DNA of 64,000 bases from the sequence record OP380601.1; one strand, given 5' to 3'. Under the pieces are notes generated by a model. The model searched no databases. It worked only from the letters and a program-made list of their open reading frames with translations, and had not been told where the DNA came from. This document shows, piece after piece, positions 26,359 to 36,224 of the stretch (positions are counted from its first letter, which is position 1; every line of letters starts with the position of its first letter). The position numbers were made by a program, and so were the translations under genes.

Positions 26359-26469
26359 ATGACTCATTTTTCTTTCGCCCTTCGCCGTGTAATGTTCAAA
26401 ATCGAAAAGTACAAAGATAATTTGATTTGTGCTGTTATTGTTGGTTTTGTTCTTTATTTTTTAATGTAA
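26359..26469 (+). CDS. small membrane protein, 36 aa
   Basis: AAGGA SD, C-terminal hydrophobic helix. Confidence 0.55.
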   Translation: MTHFSFALRRVMFKIEKYKDNLICAVIVGFVLYFLM

Positions 26470-26481
26470 GAGGATAAAATT

Positions 26482-26832
26482 ATGATCTTAGATGATATTC
26501 TGTTTTTCACGTATTGTTTTGTGTTTATTTCGGTTTGTGCGTTTGCACTTATTCAGTTGCGATATCAAACCATCATTCGTAACAATTACGATCTAATCGA
26601 ACGTAAATTGAAGGAACGAGGGGTTGTTATCATCTCGGTATCTATGGGTGACGCTTATCGGTTCCGATTGGATGTTGATACATACAAACCTACTTGCCTA
26701 TTTTTGCCATGGAAGACATACAGGCTTTTGAAGCGAATGGAGAAATTTGGTGCTTCTGATGTTGTTTGTTCCTTGCTTCCTAAAGATAAACCTGTTAAAG
26801 TAGTTAAACCAATTGAGTTCAATCCAAAATAA
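26482..26832 (+). CDS. membrane-anchored protein
   Basis: N-terminal TM helix. Confidence 0.7.
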   Translation: MILDDILFFTYCFVFISVCAFALIQLRYQTIIRNNYDLIERKLKERGVVIISVSMGDAYRFRLDVDTYKPTCLFLPWKTYRLLKRMEKFGASDVVCSLLPKDKPVKVVKPIEFNPK

Positions 26833-26841
26833 GGGAAAGAT

Positions 26842-27270
26842 ATGAAAGATATCAAATCTATCTACAATGTGTTTATCGAAAGTGGAAGTTCGGCAATTAG
26901 TACCAATCTTCTGAATCAAATTCGAGAGTTGAAACACTACGAATTTGAACGTGGCAATCCGGATATTTTCAAAGATGAATCTGGTACACTTTCCATTGAT
27001 ATTGATGGAAATCTCACGTTCGAAAATAGTTTCAAAATTCACCCTCGGAAGTGGGCTACACATCTCAATGTACCAGAGCCATATGATATTGTGGTTCTTT
27101 TGGATGGAGTTCTTTATGAGAGTCCAGATACCTATTCCGAACGGGACTTTGTAGTTGCTTCAGTTAAATGTCTTGAAACTGAATTGACTATCGATTATAT
27201 TAGAGACGAGTGGAACGAATCAGGTTACAATTATTTGGCATTTAATCAAGCTGTCCAAGATTGGGAATAA
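26842..27270 (+). CDS. hypothetical protein
   Basis: AGGGA SD. Confidence 0.75.
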   Translation: MKDIKSIYNVFIESGSSAISTNLLNQIRELKHYEFERGNPDIFKDESGTLSIDIDGNLTFENSFKIHPRKWATHLNVPEPYDIVVLLDGVLYESPDTYSERDFVVASVKCLETELTIDYIRDEWNESGYNYLAFNQAVQDWE

Positions 27271-27280
27271 GGAGAATATT

Positions 27281-27892
27281 ATGAGTTCAGGAAAATCAAC
27301 AATTCGAACTACTGCTAAACATGCTCGTCGTCAAGTTCAAGATCGTCGTGTTATTAAACGTTGGTTGCTGCAAGGAAACAACTTTAGCAAGTTCATTTCT
27401 TGTTTTAAAACATCATACAATACTGATGATATAAGATATCTAGACAGATGTGGTACTGGTATTGGTATTCGTATGTATCGATTTATGAAAGAAAATGGAT
27501 TTTTATATACCAATATTTGGTCTGATGTTAAAAATAGCGGACCATACATCGTTGTAATTCGTCCGAAAGCTGGATTGGGCACATTCCTTCGTAAGTTGGA
27601 TATCGTCTTTAATAACAATGGTCTTAATTATGAGATCCTTCGTAATCAAGATATCGAACCTAAGCCAGTAAAACCACGTTTCAAAAAGCCAGAAATTCGT
27701 GAGGTGGTCCCAGTTTTTACCTCAGATTTTGGAACTGATGAGGGTCAAGTTGTTGAATTGATGAAGAAGATTAAACAACTTGACAAAGAACGAGTTGAGG
27801 CGGAACTGAGATTGAATGGGATCGAACACCAACTCAAGACAGCAAAACAAAACCTGAAATCAATCATTGGTGGTTATCTTGAAAACAATTAA
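27281..27892 (+). CDS. basic protein with C-terminal coiled coil
   Basis: AAGGAG SD, 203 aa. Confidence 0.8.
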   Translation: MSSGKSTIRTTAKHARRQVQDRRVIKRWLLQGNNFSKFISCFKTSYNTDDIRYLDRCGTGIGIRMYRFMKENGFLYTNIWSDVKNSGPYIVVIRPKAGLGTFLRKLDIVFNNNGLNYEILRNQDIEPKPVKPRFKKPEIREVVPVFTSDFGTDEGQVVELMKKIKQLDKERVEAELRLNGIEHQLKTAKQNLKSIIGGYLENN

Positions 27893-28445
27893 TGTATACG
27901 AGGTAGGGGTTGATCCCCTACCAATACCGGGAATGGAAATAAATTGGTGGGAACGTACTTCATCTTTTGGTACTTTTGTTGATGATGATATACATAGTGG
28001 TGTTGTTTGTGTAGGAATCCCAGAAGGGGAAGAATTCGACATTTCAAAGGTAGTTACTGAACATTTTGAGTATGATTGCGATGAAATGTTTGATGAATAT
28101 GGGCTTCCACTTAAACAATATATGTACATTGAAGATCCTGACAACCATGTTTGTGATGGATTGAAATGGATGTATACTCATGAGTATATGGATGCAATTG
28201 GTTCAGATGAAGATGTGTTTCCATTCCAACATGCAGAACAGTTGGAATCTGCTATAAAATATGGAATTATTGATTTAGTCAATCATTCCGTTTCTTCAAG
28301 AGAAATGGTTGAAGGTGGGAAAGAATTTAATTATTATTTTCACACGTTCGTGGTAAAATATAAAGGTGTGGATTGGATCATTAAGTTTGGTTCTTTGAGT
28401 GAAGATAAACCAAATAATCGTTGTTTTGAAACAGAAAGGGTATAA
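27867..28445 (+). CDS. acidic hypothetical protein
   Basis: 192-aa ORF. Confidence 0.75.
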   Translation: MVVILKTINVYEVGVDPLPIPGMEINWWERTSSFGTFVDDDIHSGVVCVGIPEGEEFDISKVVTEHFEYDCDEMFDEYGLPLKQYMYIEDPDNHVCDGLKWMYTHEYMDAIGSDEDVFPFQHAEQLESAIKYGIIDLVNHSVSSREMVEGGKEFNYYFHTFVVKYKGVDWIIKFGSLSEDKPNNRCFETERV

Positions 28446-28446
28446 T

Positions 28447-28695
28447 ATGAAATTAGTTGAAGTAAAAGAAATGCCAAAGTGTGGTAAGTTTGTTGCTACT
28501 GGAATTTATGTAGAAACTGATTGGGCTGGTCGTGGGTTTATCCCATGCTCGGGTATGTATGAGTTTGTTGATGGTAATGTTCTGGAATTTGACTCAGAAA
28601 TGGATGACTGGTGCGATGACACTTTAAATTCAAGCACCAACGAACCATACTTCATGCAGTGGTTGGACCTTAAATTTTTTGTAGTTTCTGAATAA
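28447..28695 (+). CDS. hypothetical protein (similar to 15348)
   Basis: AAGGG SD. Confidence 0.7.
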   Translation: MKLVEVKEMPKCGKFVATGIYVETDWAGRGFIPCSGMYEFVDGNVLEFDSEMDDWCDDTLNSSTNEPYFMQWLDLKFFVVSE

Positions 28696-28700
28696 AAAGT

Positions 28701-28738
28701 TTGACAGAGTATCCCCGTTTGTGGGATACTCTCTTTGT
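28701..28738 (+). terminator. terminator-like hairpin fused to early promoter
   Basis: TTGACA-18-GATACT; AGAGTATCCC/GGGATACTCT + CTTTGT. Confidence 0.8.
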
Positions 28739-28758
28739 CGAAACAAAAGGAGTTACCC

Positions 28759-29058
28759 ATGAAAGATATCGCCATCAAGTTCAAAAACCTGTTCGCTTCC
28801 CGTGGTCACAATGTTGATCGTGTACAAGTCATCTATAACGTTGATGGTAAGTGTGAAGGCCGTAACATGGTATGTGTGTTTAATCAAGACATTAATACAT
28901 TGACGAAGATCCGAAAAGACCTTTCCAATGCCGGTGGATTCTCTGAAATGGTTATAGAAAAGACAATCGATTGGACTGATTTTGATTTTGTTAACGCCCC
29001 CGAAGATGCTCAAGTTCCATCAACTTTCGTTTTGAAGGCTATTGTTAAAGAAAGTTAA
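28759..29058 (+). CDS. hypothetical protein
   Basis: AAGGAG SD. Confidence 0.8.
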   Translation: MKDIAIKFKNLFASRGHNVDRVQVIYNVDGKCEGRNMVCVFNQDINTLTKIRKDLSNAGGFSEMVIEKTIDWTDFDFVNAPEDAQVPSTFVLKAIVKES

Positions 29059-29098
29059 TTTTAAATAAGAGCGTTGTTACACTTAAAGGAAGTAAAAA

Positions 29099-29557
29099 AT
29101 GAAGTATATGATATTGGCAACCGCTCTTATATCAACCGCAATATTTGCAAACGATGTATACCTAATTGGTGGTGGATTTAGTAAACACTTCAAATCTGGT
29201 AATCAGAATGAAACTCATCCATCATTTGGTATACAAGTAGATAACATGTCGGTTATCTACGTTCAATCCAATTCAATAGAATCAAAATCTGTTCAAGTTT
29301 CTTATTCTGATAATTTCTATGAATCTGAATATGTAGATATTGGTTATAGATTTGGCCTTGCTTCTGGTTATAAGAAAGGGACACATTTTGGAGAAAATAA
29401 TGTTTACAGTGGAACTAGCTTTGAGTTGGGAAACTCTGGTATAATTCCTATTGTTGCTGCTGAGTTTTCTTTTCATACACCGATACCAAACTTCGATCTA
29501 GTTATTGATGTGATCCCAACTGTAGCAATGTTTGGTTTCAAATATAGGATAGAATAA
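29099..29557 (+). CDS. PagP-like outer-membrane beta-barrel protein
   Basis: Signal peptide; SKHF...NETHPSFG, NS..S, GLASGY, terminal FGFKYRIE. Confidence 0.6.
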   Translation: MKYMILATALISTAIFANDVYLIGGGFSKHFKSGNQNETHPSFGIQVDNMSVIYVQSNSIESKSVQVSYSDNFYESEYVDIGYRFGLASGYKKGTHFGENNVYSGTSFELGNSGIIPIVAAEFSFHTPIPNFDLVIDVIPTVAMFGFKYRIE

Positions 29558-30015
29558 TGTATCTTTATAAAAATATGAAACGCGATGAACTGATCCGACT
29601 TATCAATGATATCTCGCCAGAACTTGCTGATAAGATTGAAGAAATCATAGAAAACGATGTGGAGGCCGCTATGGACAGTTGGGGTGATCAGGAAGCATTT
29701 GAGCTATCCTGTCATATTGCGTCCATGGAAACCATGGAATACCTTTGCAATGACCCTGATTGGGTTCGTGATGGAGACAAAAACCTCTATTATATAAATG
29801 GTATTTTCAAACCATATCACCCAGATAACCACAATATATCGGTTTCTAAATTCAATGAAACAAATTCGTGGTATGTTGAGATTTGTTGTGGTACGGTAGG
29901 ACAAGATGGTTGGAAAGGGTATTTGAAAGGAAATTTAGAAGATGTTATGAGCGAAACTGTCAGTATCGCTAAAGACTTTCTAAAAGAAGGGAAATATCTT
30001 AAATGGAACGGTTGA
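29557..30015 (+). CDS. hypothetical protein
   Basis: Coupled ORF. Confidence 0.75.
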   Translation: MYLYKNMKRDELIRLINDISPELADKIEEIIENDVEAAMDSWGDQEAFELSCHIASMETMEYLCNDPDWVRDGDKNLYYINGIFKPYHPDNHNISVSKFNETNSWYVEICCGTVGQDGWKGYLKGNLEDVMSETVSIAKDFLKEGKYLKWNG

Positions 30016-30218
30016 TGAAGATAGAATGTGGAGATAATGAGGAATTTGTCGATTACTTTTTATCTCTCAATGCATGGAAATATACTCCGGCAGGAAATGC
30101 CAGAGTATTGAAAGTAAATAATATAGATTCTCTGAAATATATAACCAAGTGTCAGGTTGTTAAAGCTACCTTATGGGACCGGATTCAGTATGTAAAGGAA
30201 CATGGAAATGAAAACTAA
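30003..30218 (+). CDS. hypothetical protein
   Basis: Coupled ORF. Confidence 0.6.
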   Translation: MERLMKIECGDNEEFVDYFLSLNAWKYTPAGNARVLKVNNIDSLKYITKCQVVKATLWDRIQYVKEHGNEN

Positions 30219-30615
30219 AATAGTTCTAGGTAAAGATTTAGAAGTTGGTATGAGAATTTGTGCATGGGGTGATTTGTACGCTACAATTTCACATATAAGA
30301 GATTATGTGGGTGTTAATCAAGAGCATTATGATAAAACCATTACACTGGATCCCATTCACAAAAATGATGACGCTGCGCTTGCTGGGTATGATAGAAATA
30401 TAGCCCCAACTGACTGGTATTGGGTTGTTGATGATAGACCAATAACCGCAAATAGTATTCTATGTGATTTCCTTGTTGGTAAAACTACTTGGGATGGTTG
30501 TTTTGTAACCGATGTGACTATGGAAAATGGGGCTGATGGTCCGTGTATTAGGATACATACATCAATCGGATACGAAGATTATTATCAATCAGAACAAATA
30601 AATTTGGAAAACTAG
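30208..30615 (+). CDS. hypothetical protein, paralogue of 32575
   Basis: MKTKIVLGKDLEVGMRI. Confidence 0.75.
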   Translation: MKTKIVLGKDLEVGMRICAWGDLYATISHIRDYVGVNQEHYDKTITLDPIHKNDDAALAGYDRNIAPTDWYWVVDDRPITANSILCDFLVGKTTWDGCFVTDVTMENGADGPCIRIHTSIGYEDYYQSEQINLEN

Positions 30616-30644
30616 TTGACTTTTAGTTGTGACCATAAGATAAT
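30616..30644 (+). promoter_or_regulatory. early promoter
   Basis: TTGACT-17-GATAAT. Confidence 0.75.
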
Positions 30645-30672
30645 GTGTATCTACCAACAGAGGAAAGTAATC

Positions 30673-30951
30673 ATGAAAAAATATCACAATAGAGACACCA
30701 TGGGATTTCAAGGTTATAAGATTATGGAGACTCCCACAGGCCGTCAGTTGTCGGATGTGTGTTCTCAATTTGAATATCGCGGGTTTGTTATCTCATTCTC
30801 TACCAGTGGATATGCAGATGGAAGTTGTTGCCATGAAGTTATTGCTATGCGGGCCGGTCATGATGACCAAACGTTTTATACTGTAGAAGGTGCTATTGCT
30901 TATATCGATGTATATCATAACAAACAGGTCGAACTGGATGGGTATAATTAA
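30673..30951 (+). CDS. hypothetical protein
   Basis: GAGGA SD. Confidence 0.75.
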   Translation: MKKYHNRDTMGFQGYKIMETPTGRQLSDVCSQFEYRGFVISFSTSGYADGSCCHEVIAMRAGHDDQTFYTVEGAIAYIDVYHNKQVELDGYN

Positions 30952-30953
30952 TC

Positions 30954-31220
30954 ATGAAAGTTAATATGAATGATACTGTTACTGTAAAGCTTACCGATCA
31001 TGGTCTTAACATTTTAGAGAAACGTTGGAGAGACACATATTCAAGTTTCTATTCTTATGATATCGTTAATGATAAAGTTTGGGAATCTAGAATTAATATC
31101 CGAGATAATGGTATGATTTATAGGACTCAACTACATAACCTCATGAGTCAATTTGGACAGCATATTGGTATGGGTTTACCTTTGTGTTTCGAAACTGAAT
31201 TTGATATAATGTCTTTGTAG
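30954..31220 (+). CDS. conserved phage hypothetical protein
   Basis: VNMNDTVTVKLTDHG...QLHNLMSQFG motif. Confidence 0.75.
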   Translation: MKVNMNDTVTVKLTDHGLNILEKRWRDTYSSFYSYDIVNDKVWESRINIRDNGMIYRTQLHNLMSQFGQHIGMGLPLCFETEFDIMSL

Positions 31221-31235
31221 ACAAAGGAGAGAATC

Positions 31236-31583
31236 ATGAAATTTAAGAGCGGTCAAAATGTAGTATGTGTAGACAATCTTGATATGGAACGTACTTTGAT
31301 TGTTGGTAAAACTTATGTCGTCAACGAGCAAATTAATGACAGAATTTTGTTTATACAAGGCCATAGTAATCAGATGTACACAGAACGATTTCTTGCAGAA
31401 GGTCACAAAAATCTGGAAAAGATTGTATTGGTTTACAGCAATATCAAGGAACTTGATAAAAAGATTCAAGAATCTTATAATCTTGAATCTGACAGAGGTG
31501 ACGATTATTTTTGGCAGCGTGAATCTCTTCGTGGTAATATTGACGAACTGGAACAAATCGCAAAGTCATTGAGGGAAGAATAA
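31236..31583 (+). CDS. SH3-like N-terminal domain protein
   Basis: FKSGQNVVCVD..LIVGKTYVV..ERF. Confidence 0.65.
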   Translation: MKFKSGQNVVCVDNLDMERTLIVGKTYVVNEQINDRILFIQGHSNQMYTERFLAEGHKNLEKIVLVYSNIKELDKKIQESYNLESDRGDDYFWQRESLRGNIDELEQIAKSLREE

Positions 31584-32110
31584 TGATTTTTATCAAAGCA
31601 AATACGTGGAAAAAACTAAAAATTGGCGACATTTTTTCTGGGATTGATAATCAAAATCTCCCGATTGTCGCTATCAATCATTTGTTTGGTCAGATCCGTT
31701 TAAGTAACGGGATTGAACTAAAGTTTGATTCTATGCACAGTTACGAATACACTATTGGAAACCTTCATGTAAGCTCAATGCAATGGCAATATGCGTTTAT
31801 TGATGGTGCATTGTATTACTTCGGAGAAAGGAAACAATTGCAGACCGGTGATGTTGTTACCATTACCAGATATGAAGATGATCAAGTATTTCGTCGAGAA
31901 TATATCGTTAAAAATCTTCTGAAGTCGGATTCATTTGTTGTTGATATGTGTGGTCAGGAAGATGTGATTCTTACCGTTGGATATGGTAATAACCTAATTT
32001 CGTTATATAACGATAACATCCCGGAATGTACATGTGATAACCTTGAGGTTGGGGTTACAGGTTTGGTTTCTAGGATTCTAGATGAACGATCTTCAGGTGG
32101 GGTAATATAA
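31583..32110 (+). CDS. hypothetical protein
   Basis: Coupled ORF. Confidence 0.75.
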   Translation: MIFIKANTWKKLKIGDIFSGIDNQNLPIVAINHLFGQIRLSNGIELKFDSMHSYEYTIGNLHVSSMQWQYAFIDGALYYFGERKQLQTGDVVTITRYEDDQVFRREYIVKNLLKSDSFVVDMCGQEDVILTVGYGNNLISLYNDNIPECTCDNLEVGVTGLVSRILDERSSGGVI

Positions 32111-32295
32111 TGTTTACACTATGGTTTGATTGTTGGAACAGTTCTTTTGATCAATACACATCTCTCTTACATTCAAAAGGAATTCGTTATGATTGGGTTA
32201 TTGATGAACACGTTACTTATGGTGACGGGGTTATCTTCACATTTTATTCTGATGAAGATTTAGAATCCGCAAGTGATATTTATTTGGATATGTAA
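32110..32295 (+). CDS. small protein, tandem paralogue of 32298
   Basis: Shared L.....I...V..F..x.DL..A. Confidence 0.65.
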   Translation: MFTLWFDCWNSSFDQYTSLLHSKGIRYDWVIDEHVTYGDGVIFTFYSDEDLESASDIYLDM

Positions 32296-32297
32296 AA

Positions 32298-32477
32298 ATG
32301 AGAAGTATTATTTTTGTCAAGGCAGATTTCGAATTCTCATTTAGCTATCTACATCAACTTTTTGATGATAATGATATTCATCCACATTCCGTCACATTCT
32401 GCCAAGAATATGTTGAAATCAATTTCAAAAACGATTATGATTTAGACCTTGCAGAGAAAATATTGAGAGGAATTTAA
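32298..32477 (+). CDS. small protein, 59 aa
   Basis: Hand-translated. Confidence 0.6.
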   Translation: MRSIIFVKADFEFSFSYLHQLFDDNDIHPHSVTFCQEYVEINFKNDYDLDLAEKILRGI

Positions 32478-32574
32478 TGACGTTTTTAAATGCTTTTGTT
32501 CTTGAAACTGTTATTGGTTTTGTGGTAATATTTGGTCTACTCATTTGGTTTTATAAAAAATAAAGGATACAATT

Positions 32575-32955
32575 ATGAAAACTCAGATTGTTTTGGCTAA
32601 AGATCTCGAATGCGGTATGAAAATTATCCCTTGGGCAGATATCGAGTTTACCGTTTCATCTGTAAGTAAAGGACCGGATGGAGTTAAAGTTTCTGTTCGA
32701 GATTCTGATAATAAAGAATCTAATTTTTTGTGTTATGAGCATTCTGAGTTTAGTCAAGTAGTGCCCGAATATAAAACATCACATTTCGAACGAATTTTAA
32801 GGGAATCTTTGGTAGGAAAAGAGTTGTTCTATGGTGGCGCAAATCGAGGTAAGATTACCGATGTTATGATTTGTAAGACCCTTATTCAGGTAGAAACCAA
32901 TTATGGGACGGTTCATGATTATCACAATACTGAAGAAATTACAGTTGTATTCTAA
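32575..32955 (+). CDS. hypothetical protein, paralogue of 30208
   Basis: MKTQIVLAKDLECGMKI. Confidence 0.75.
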   Translation: MKTQIVLAKDLECGMKIIPWADIEFTVSSVSKGPDGVKVSVRDSDNKESNFLCYEHSEFSQVVPEYKTSHFERILRESLVGKELFYGGANRGKITDVMICKTLIQVETNYGTVHDYHNTEEITVVF

Positions 32956-32973
32956 ATCTAGATAGGTTATATT
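32945..32973 (+). promoter_or_regulatory. early promoter
   Basis: TTGTAT-17-TATATT, ATCGAAAC leader. Confidence 0.55.
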
Positions 32974-33004
32974 AACTATATCGAAACGAACTGAGGAATT
33001 GACT

Positions 33005-33391
33005 ATGATTACTGCTGAAAAATACGAACTGGACAAAGCAACCCGTATCGCGGCAATGCAAGTAAACGTAGATTACATTTTGTCTAAGTTGGATCCGGTT
33101 CTTATTCCATACATGCAAGTATATCCTAACTGGTGTTTGGGTCTGGTTGACACTACAGTAACATTCGTGGCTACTGGTAAGGATGTTGAATCCGGTGTAA
33201 AATACTTCAATGGTCGGATCATCCAGTTTATTATGCATGAAGACGAAACTAAGTTTAAAGTTCTTCTGAGTAGTGTTAAGAAACCGGTTCTCCGTAAAAA
33301 GAAAACTCAACTTGAAGCATGTGATGCGGTTATCAAGTTCTTTAATGAAAATGTCGAAACCTTCATGGCTATCGTAGCTAAATTTAACTGA
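33005..33391 (+). CDS. hypothetical protein
   Basis: GAGGA SD. Confidence 0.8.
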   Translation: MITAEKYELDKATRIAAMQVNVDYILSKLDPVLIPYMQVYPNWCLGLVDTTVTFVATGKDVESGVKYFNGRIIQFIMHEDETKFKVLLSSVKKPVLRKKKTQLEACDAVIKFFNENVETFMAIVAKFN

Positions 33392-33401
33392 GGAAATTAT
33401 T

Positions 33402-33644
33402 ATGTTTGATTATATCAATACTTGGCTGTTTACCTTGTCCGTTATGGAATGTATCTCTCTGGTACTGGTGGTACTCGGATCTTACTTTTACATGAAAGCC
33501 CCAATTTATAGGCTGGTGGTAATTAACAATAAAATATTTGGTAGTGGTACACTCACATTTACCCAACACCCAATCGGTCTTATTGCTGAATTTGTTTGGT
33601 ACTACGGCGTTTACTATTTTGTTACTTCTTTTATGGCAGGATGA
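33402..33644 (+). CDS. membrane protein
   Basis: Two hydrophobic helices. Confidence 0.7.
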   Translation: MFDYINTWLFTLSVMECISLVLVVLGSYFYMKAPIYRLVVINNKIFGSGTLTFTQHPIGLIAEFVWYYGVYYFVTSFMAG

Positions 33645-33907
33645 ATATGAAAAATATTATTGAAAATATTGAAGTTGGTACACAGTTTTGGGACGGTCGT
33701 TACGGGCCGTTTGTATGTACACAAAAACCTGAGTTTCAAAAAGTTAATGATGGTCAAGATGAAGGATATTTTTGGCTAGGTAAAGACTCTCACGGTTCTA
33801 TGTGTGAATTTCTTTGGATTGAGAAATATTCTCATTACGGTCCGAAAGTGTATCTTGAACAGGCATATTTTAGTCCGGAAGAACTTAAGAAGGCTATGTT
33901 AAAATGA
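33641..33907 (+). CDS. hypothetical protein
   Basis: Coupled ORF. Confidence 0.7.
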   Translation: MNMKNIIENIEVGTQFWDGRYGPFVCTQKPEFQKVNDGQDEGYFWLGKDSHGSMCEFLWIEKYSHYGPKVYLEQAYFSPEELKKAMLK

Positions 33908-34413
33908 TAGAACTTGATGACGATTGGGTATCTTGTCACGATAAGTCTGGAAATCGAGCATATTTCCCTTATGACAATATTCACCCTGATTACACACAAG
34001 ACGGCTATGTTTTAGTCACAGCAAAAGAATTCCTAGATTATTATGATTGTGTTGATAGTACGTATGACGATTCATATTTTCAGACATACGACTATTTCAA
34101 ACAATTACATACAGGGAAGGAAATCGAGTTCGAAGATATCCATATTTCCAAAGACGCATTGCAGGATATGGCAATAAATGCACTGTTGAATGATAATTAT
34201 AGATGTCAAGTTTTTAATCGTTCTTATGATGAATGGGAATTTATCACAAGTCTCGATACTGTGATGGATGATCATTTTTACTGTGATTATACAGTAGATC
34301 ACATATTGAAAGAGATGAAACTACCAGATCTGTATACTCTTCAGGCGGATTTCCTTACTGATGATATTCAGTTTGAAGATGAAAACAACCCATATCCAAT
34401 TATGAAAAAATAA
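33904..34413 (+). CDS. acidic hypothetical protein
   Basis: 169-aa ORF. Confidence 0.75.
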   Translation: MIELDDDWVSCHDKSGNRAYFPYDNIHPDYTQDGYVLVTAKEFLDYYDCVDSTYDDSYFQTYDYFKQLHTGKEIEFEDIHISKDALQDMAINALLNDNYRCQVFNRSYDEWEFITSLDTVMDDHFYCDYTVDHILKEMKLPDLYTLQADFLTDDIQFEDENNPYPIMKK

Positions 34414-34416
34414 TTG

Positions 34417-34455
34417 TTGCATTCAAAGCCCGTTCGTGTAGAATGGGCTTTGTTG
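34417..34455 (+). terminator. terminator hairpin with -10 box in loop
   Basis: TTGCAT-16-TAGAAT; AAAGCCCGT/ATGGGCTTT + GTTG. Confidence 0.7.
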
Positions 34456-34474
34456 ATTCAGAGGAGATAATGTT

Positions 34475-34675
34475 ATGAACCATTACGTTGAACTGAACAT
34501 GAAGAAGTTGGAAACCCTTGGTAAAAAGGCCGCGTATTGTCGCCACGAACTGACGAAAGACCTTGACGTTTGGGCTAAAAACGAATATGCTTGTATTCTA
34601 GCTGATACGGAAGTAGAGATTAAAGATACTCAAACCCGAATCGAACAAATGCTTAATGATCCGTGGTTTAACTGA
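34475..34675 (+). CDS. small coiled-coil protein
   Basis: GAGGAG SD. Confidence 0.7.
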   Translation: MNHYVELNMKKLETLGKKAAYCRHELTKDLDVWAKNEYACILADTEVEIKDTQTRIEQMLNDPWFN

Positions 34676-34685
34676 GGAAATTATT

Positions 34686-34922
34686 ATGAAAACTTTTGAA
34701 CTTCTCCCTACTGGCGCTTTCGTTGTTGAAATCGAATGGGTTTCAGGTCATAGTGAAGAAATGGCAGAAAGTTTCTTCAAGCTTCACGAAATGGAATATG
34801 AAAAAGTTTCTATTGGTTGGGGTAACTCTTTCATCGTCAAGTCAGGTCAGTTCAAAGGGTTCTATGACGTTCACGCAAACCCAGCCGACCGAACCATATG
34901 TATTCTTCAAGATATAGGATAA
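34686..34922 (+). CDS. hypothetical protein
   Basis: GAGGA SD. Confidence 0.75.
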   Translation: MKTFELLPTGAFVVEIEWVSGHSEEMAESFFKLHEMEYEKVSIGWGNSFIVKSGQFKGFYDVHANPADRTICILQDIG

Positions 34923-34927
34923 AATTT

Positions 34928-35191
34928 ATGAAACGTAAAATTCGCAGTACCGGAAGTTTTAATAACGATCCTTGGTTCTTCCGCCACATCAACAAGATCA
35001 TTACAGGTATTTTTATCTTTGTTTTTGTTGGGATCATTTGTCAAATGGCATTGATTGGTTATGCCACCATGAATGTGCAGGAAAAGGGCCTTAAAGGCGT
35101 TGTTGAGTCAGTTTGGTGTGGTAGTAGCCAGACCTCGGAAGAATGCAAGGAATCGATTCGTAAGACACTTCAAGAGGGTCTGTCGAAATGA
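34928..35191 (+). CDS. membrane-anchored protein
   Basis: Single TM helix. Confidence 0.7.
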   Translation: MKRKIRSTGSFNNDPWFFRHINKIITGIFIFVFVGIICQMALIGYATMNVQEKGLKGVVESVWCGSSQTSEECKESIRKTLQEGLSK

Positions 35192-35538
35192 GTACACTCC
35201 ATCCTTATAAGTTTATGACTAATGACCAAATCAATGTTTTGTTCACCCAAGTTTATTATGGTCTTCAACATTGGGATTATAATGAACAATCTCATGCATT
35301 GACCTATCATGATGGAACTACTTTTCCTATTAAAAACTGGTGTGATAATGATTCTATTGCAATTGAACTTATTATGAATCATAATATCAGTGTGAATCGT
35401 GAAGATGGTGAGTCTTTCGCTTTCTTTGGTGAACAACTCTCAGAAATTTATGGTGATGTGTGTGGATACGATTTTGTGTGTGCGGATGGTAACATCATCA
35501 AAGCACTGATTATCGTTTACCTGATGATGAATTCATAA
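35188..35538 (+). CDS. NinX-like (ABA sandwich) protein
   Basis: NWCDNDSIAIELIMNHNISV motif. Confidence 0.5.
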   Translation: MSTLHPYKFMTNDQINVLFTQVYYGLQHWDYNEQSHALTYHDGTTFPIKNWCDNDSIAIELIMNHNISVNREDGESFAFFGEQLSEIYGDVCGYDFVCADGNIIKALIIVYLMMNS

Positions 35539-35550
35539 TGAGGTTTTAAT

Positions 35551-35802
35551 ATGTCGATTAAAAAACGTTATGACCGTGCTATGAGTTGGTTGGAAACTAT
35601 GATGGAGCAAGAACCAGATCATATGAAGTTTGCGATCAAAACCGATATGCCAAATTTACGGGTCTTGCGTAATGAAGCAGAACTCTGGAAAGACTATAAA
35701 GAAAATCCGGATTATATTCTTGGTGGTGTTAACCACGATCCTAACCATCCAGACAATCTATCAGCTATTGTGTGGAACGACTTCAAGAGAAAATATCAAT
35801 GA
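35551..35802 (+). CDS. hypothetical protein
   Basis: GAGG SD. Confidence 0.75.
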   Translation: MSIKKRYDRAMSWLETMMEQEPDHMKFAIKTDMPNLRVLRNEAELWKDYKENPDYILGGVNHDPNHPDNLSAIVWNDFKRKYQ

Positions 35803-36224
35803 ATACTAAACTTAATGAATTCGTAAAAAAGATTACAATCGGTCATTACACTCTTAGTATGAAAGATGGGTCTATTAAGTATGTACAACGATCCAGCGAG
35901 ATTAAAGATCTGGATACCGGTATTAAATACACTCGCACTTCGTTTCAAGAGGCATTTGGAGATGATATAGTTTCAATACAATATGGTATTGTATCTGACA
36001 ACTTCGAACGTTGGAAACATATTTACGCAGATGATTGTGCGGGCAAATTTGTTATTGATGGTGATGAATTTAAGTTTGAAATCAAGCAATATTATACTGG
36101 GGATGATGAGGAAACATATGTTAATGTGTTTTTGTATCATCAAATTCCTTGGAATGGGGTTGTGTTGTCTGATACATTTGAATCATTGAAAGATTCAGTT
36201 TCTCATGTAGAGGTGGAATGCTAA
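35799..36224 (+). CDS. hypothetical protein
   Basis: Coupled ORF. Confidence 0.75.
   Translation: MNTKLNEFVKKITIGHYTLSMKDGSIKYVQRSSEIKDLDTGIKYTRTSFQEAFGDDIVSIQYGIVSDNFERWKHIYADDCAGKFVIDGDEFKFEIKQYYTGDDEETYVNVFLYHQIPWNGVVLSDTFESLKDSVSHVEVEC

Noticed and set aside
29064-29071. TTTAAATA as a late promoter for the PagP-like gene
   Set aside because: Differs from the CCTAAATA consensus seen at six other sites and is common in AT-rich DNA.
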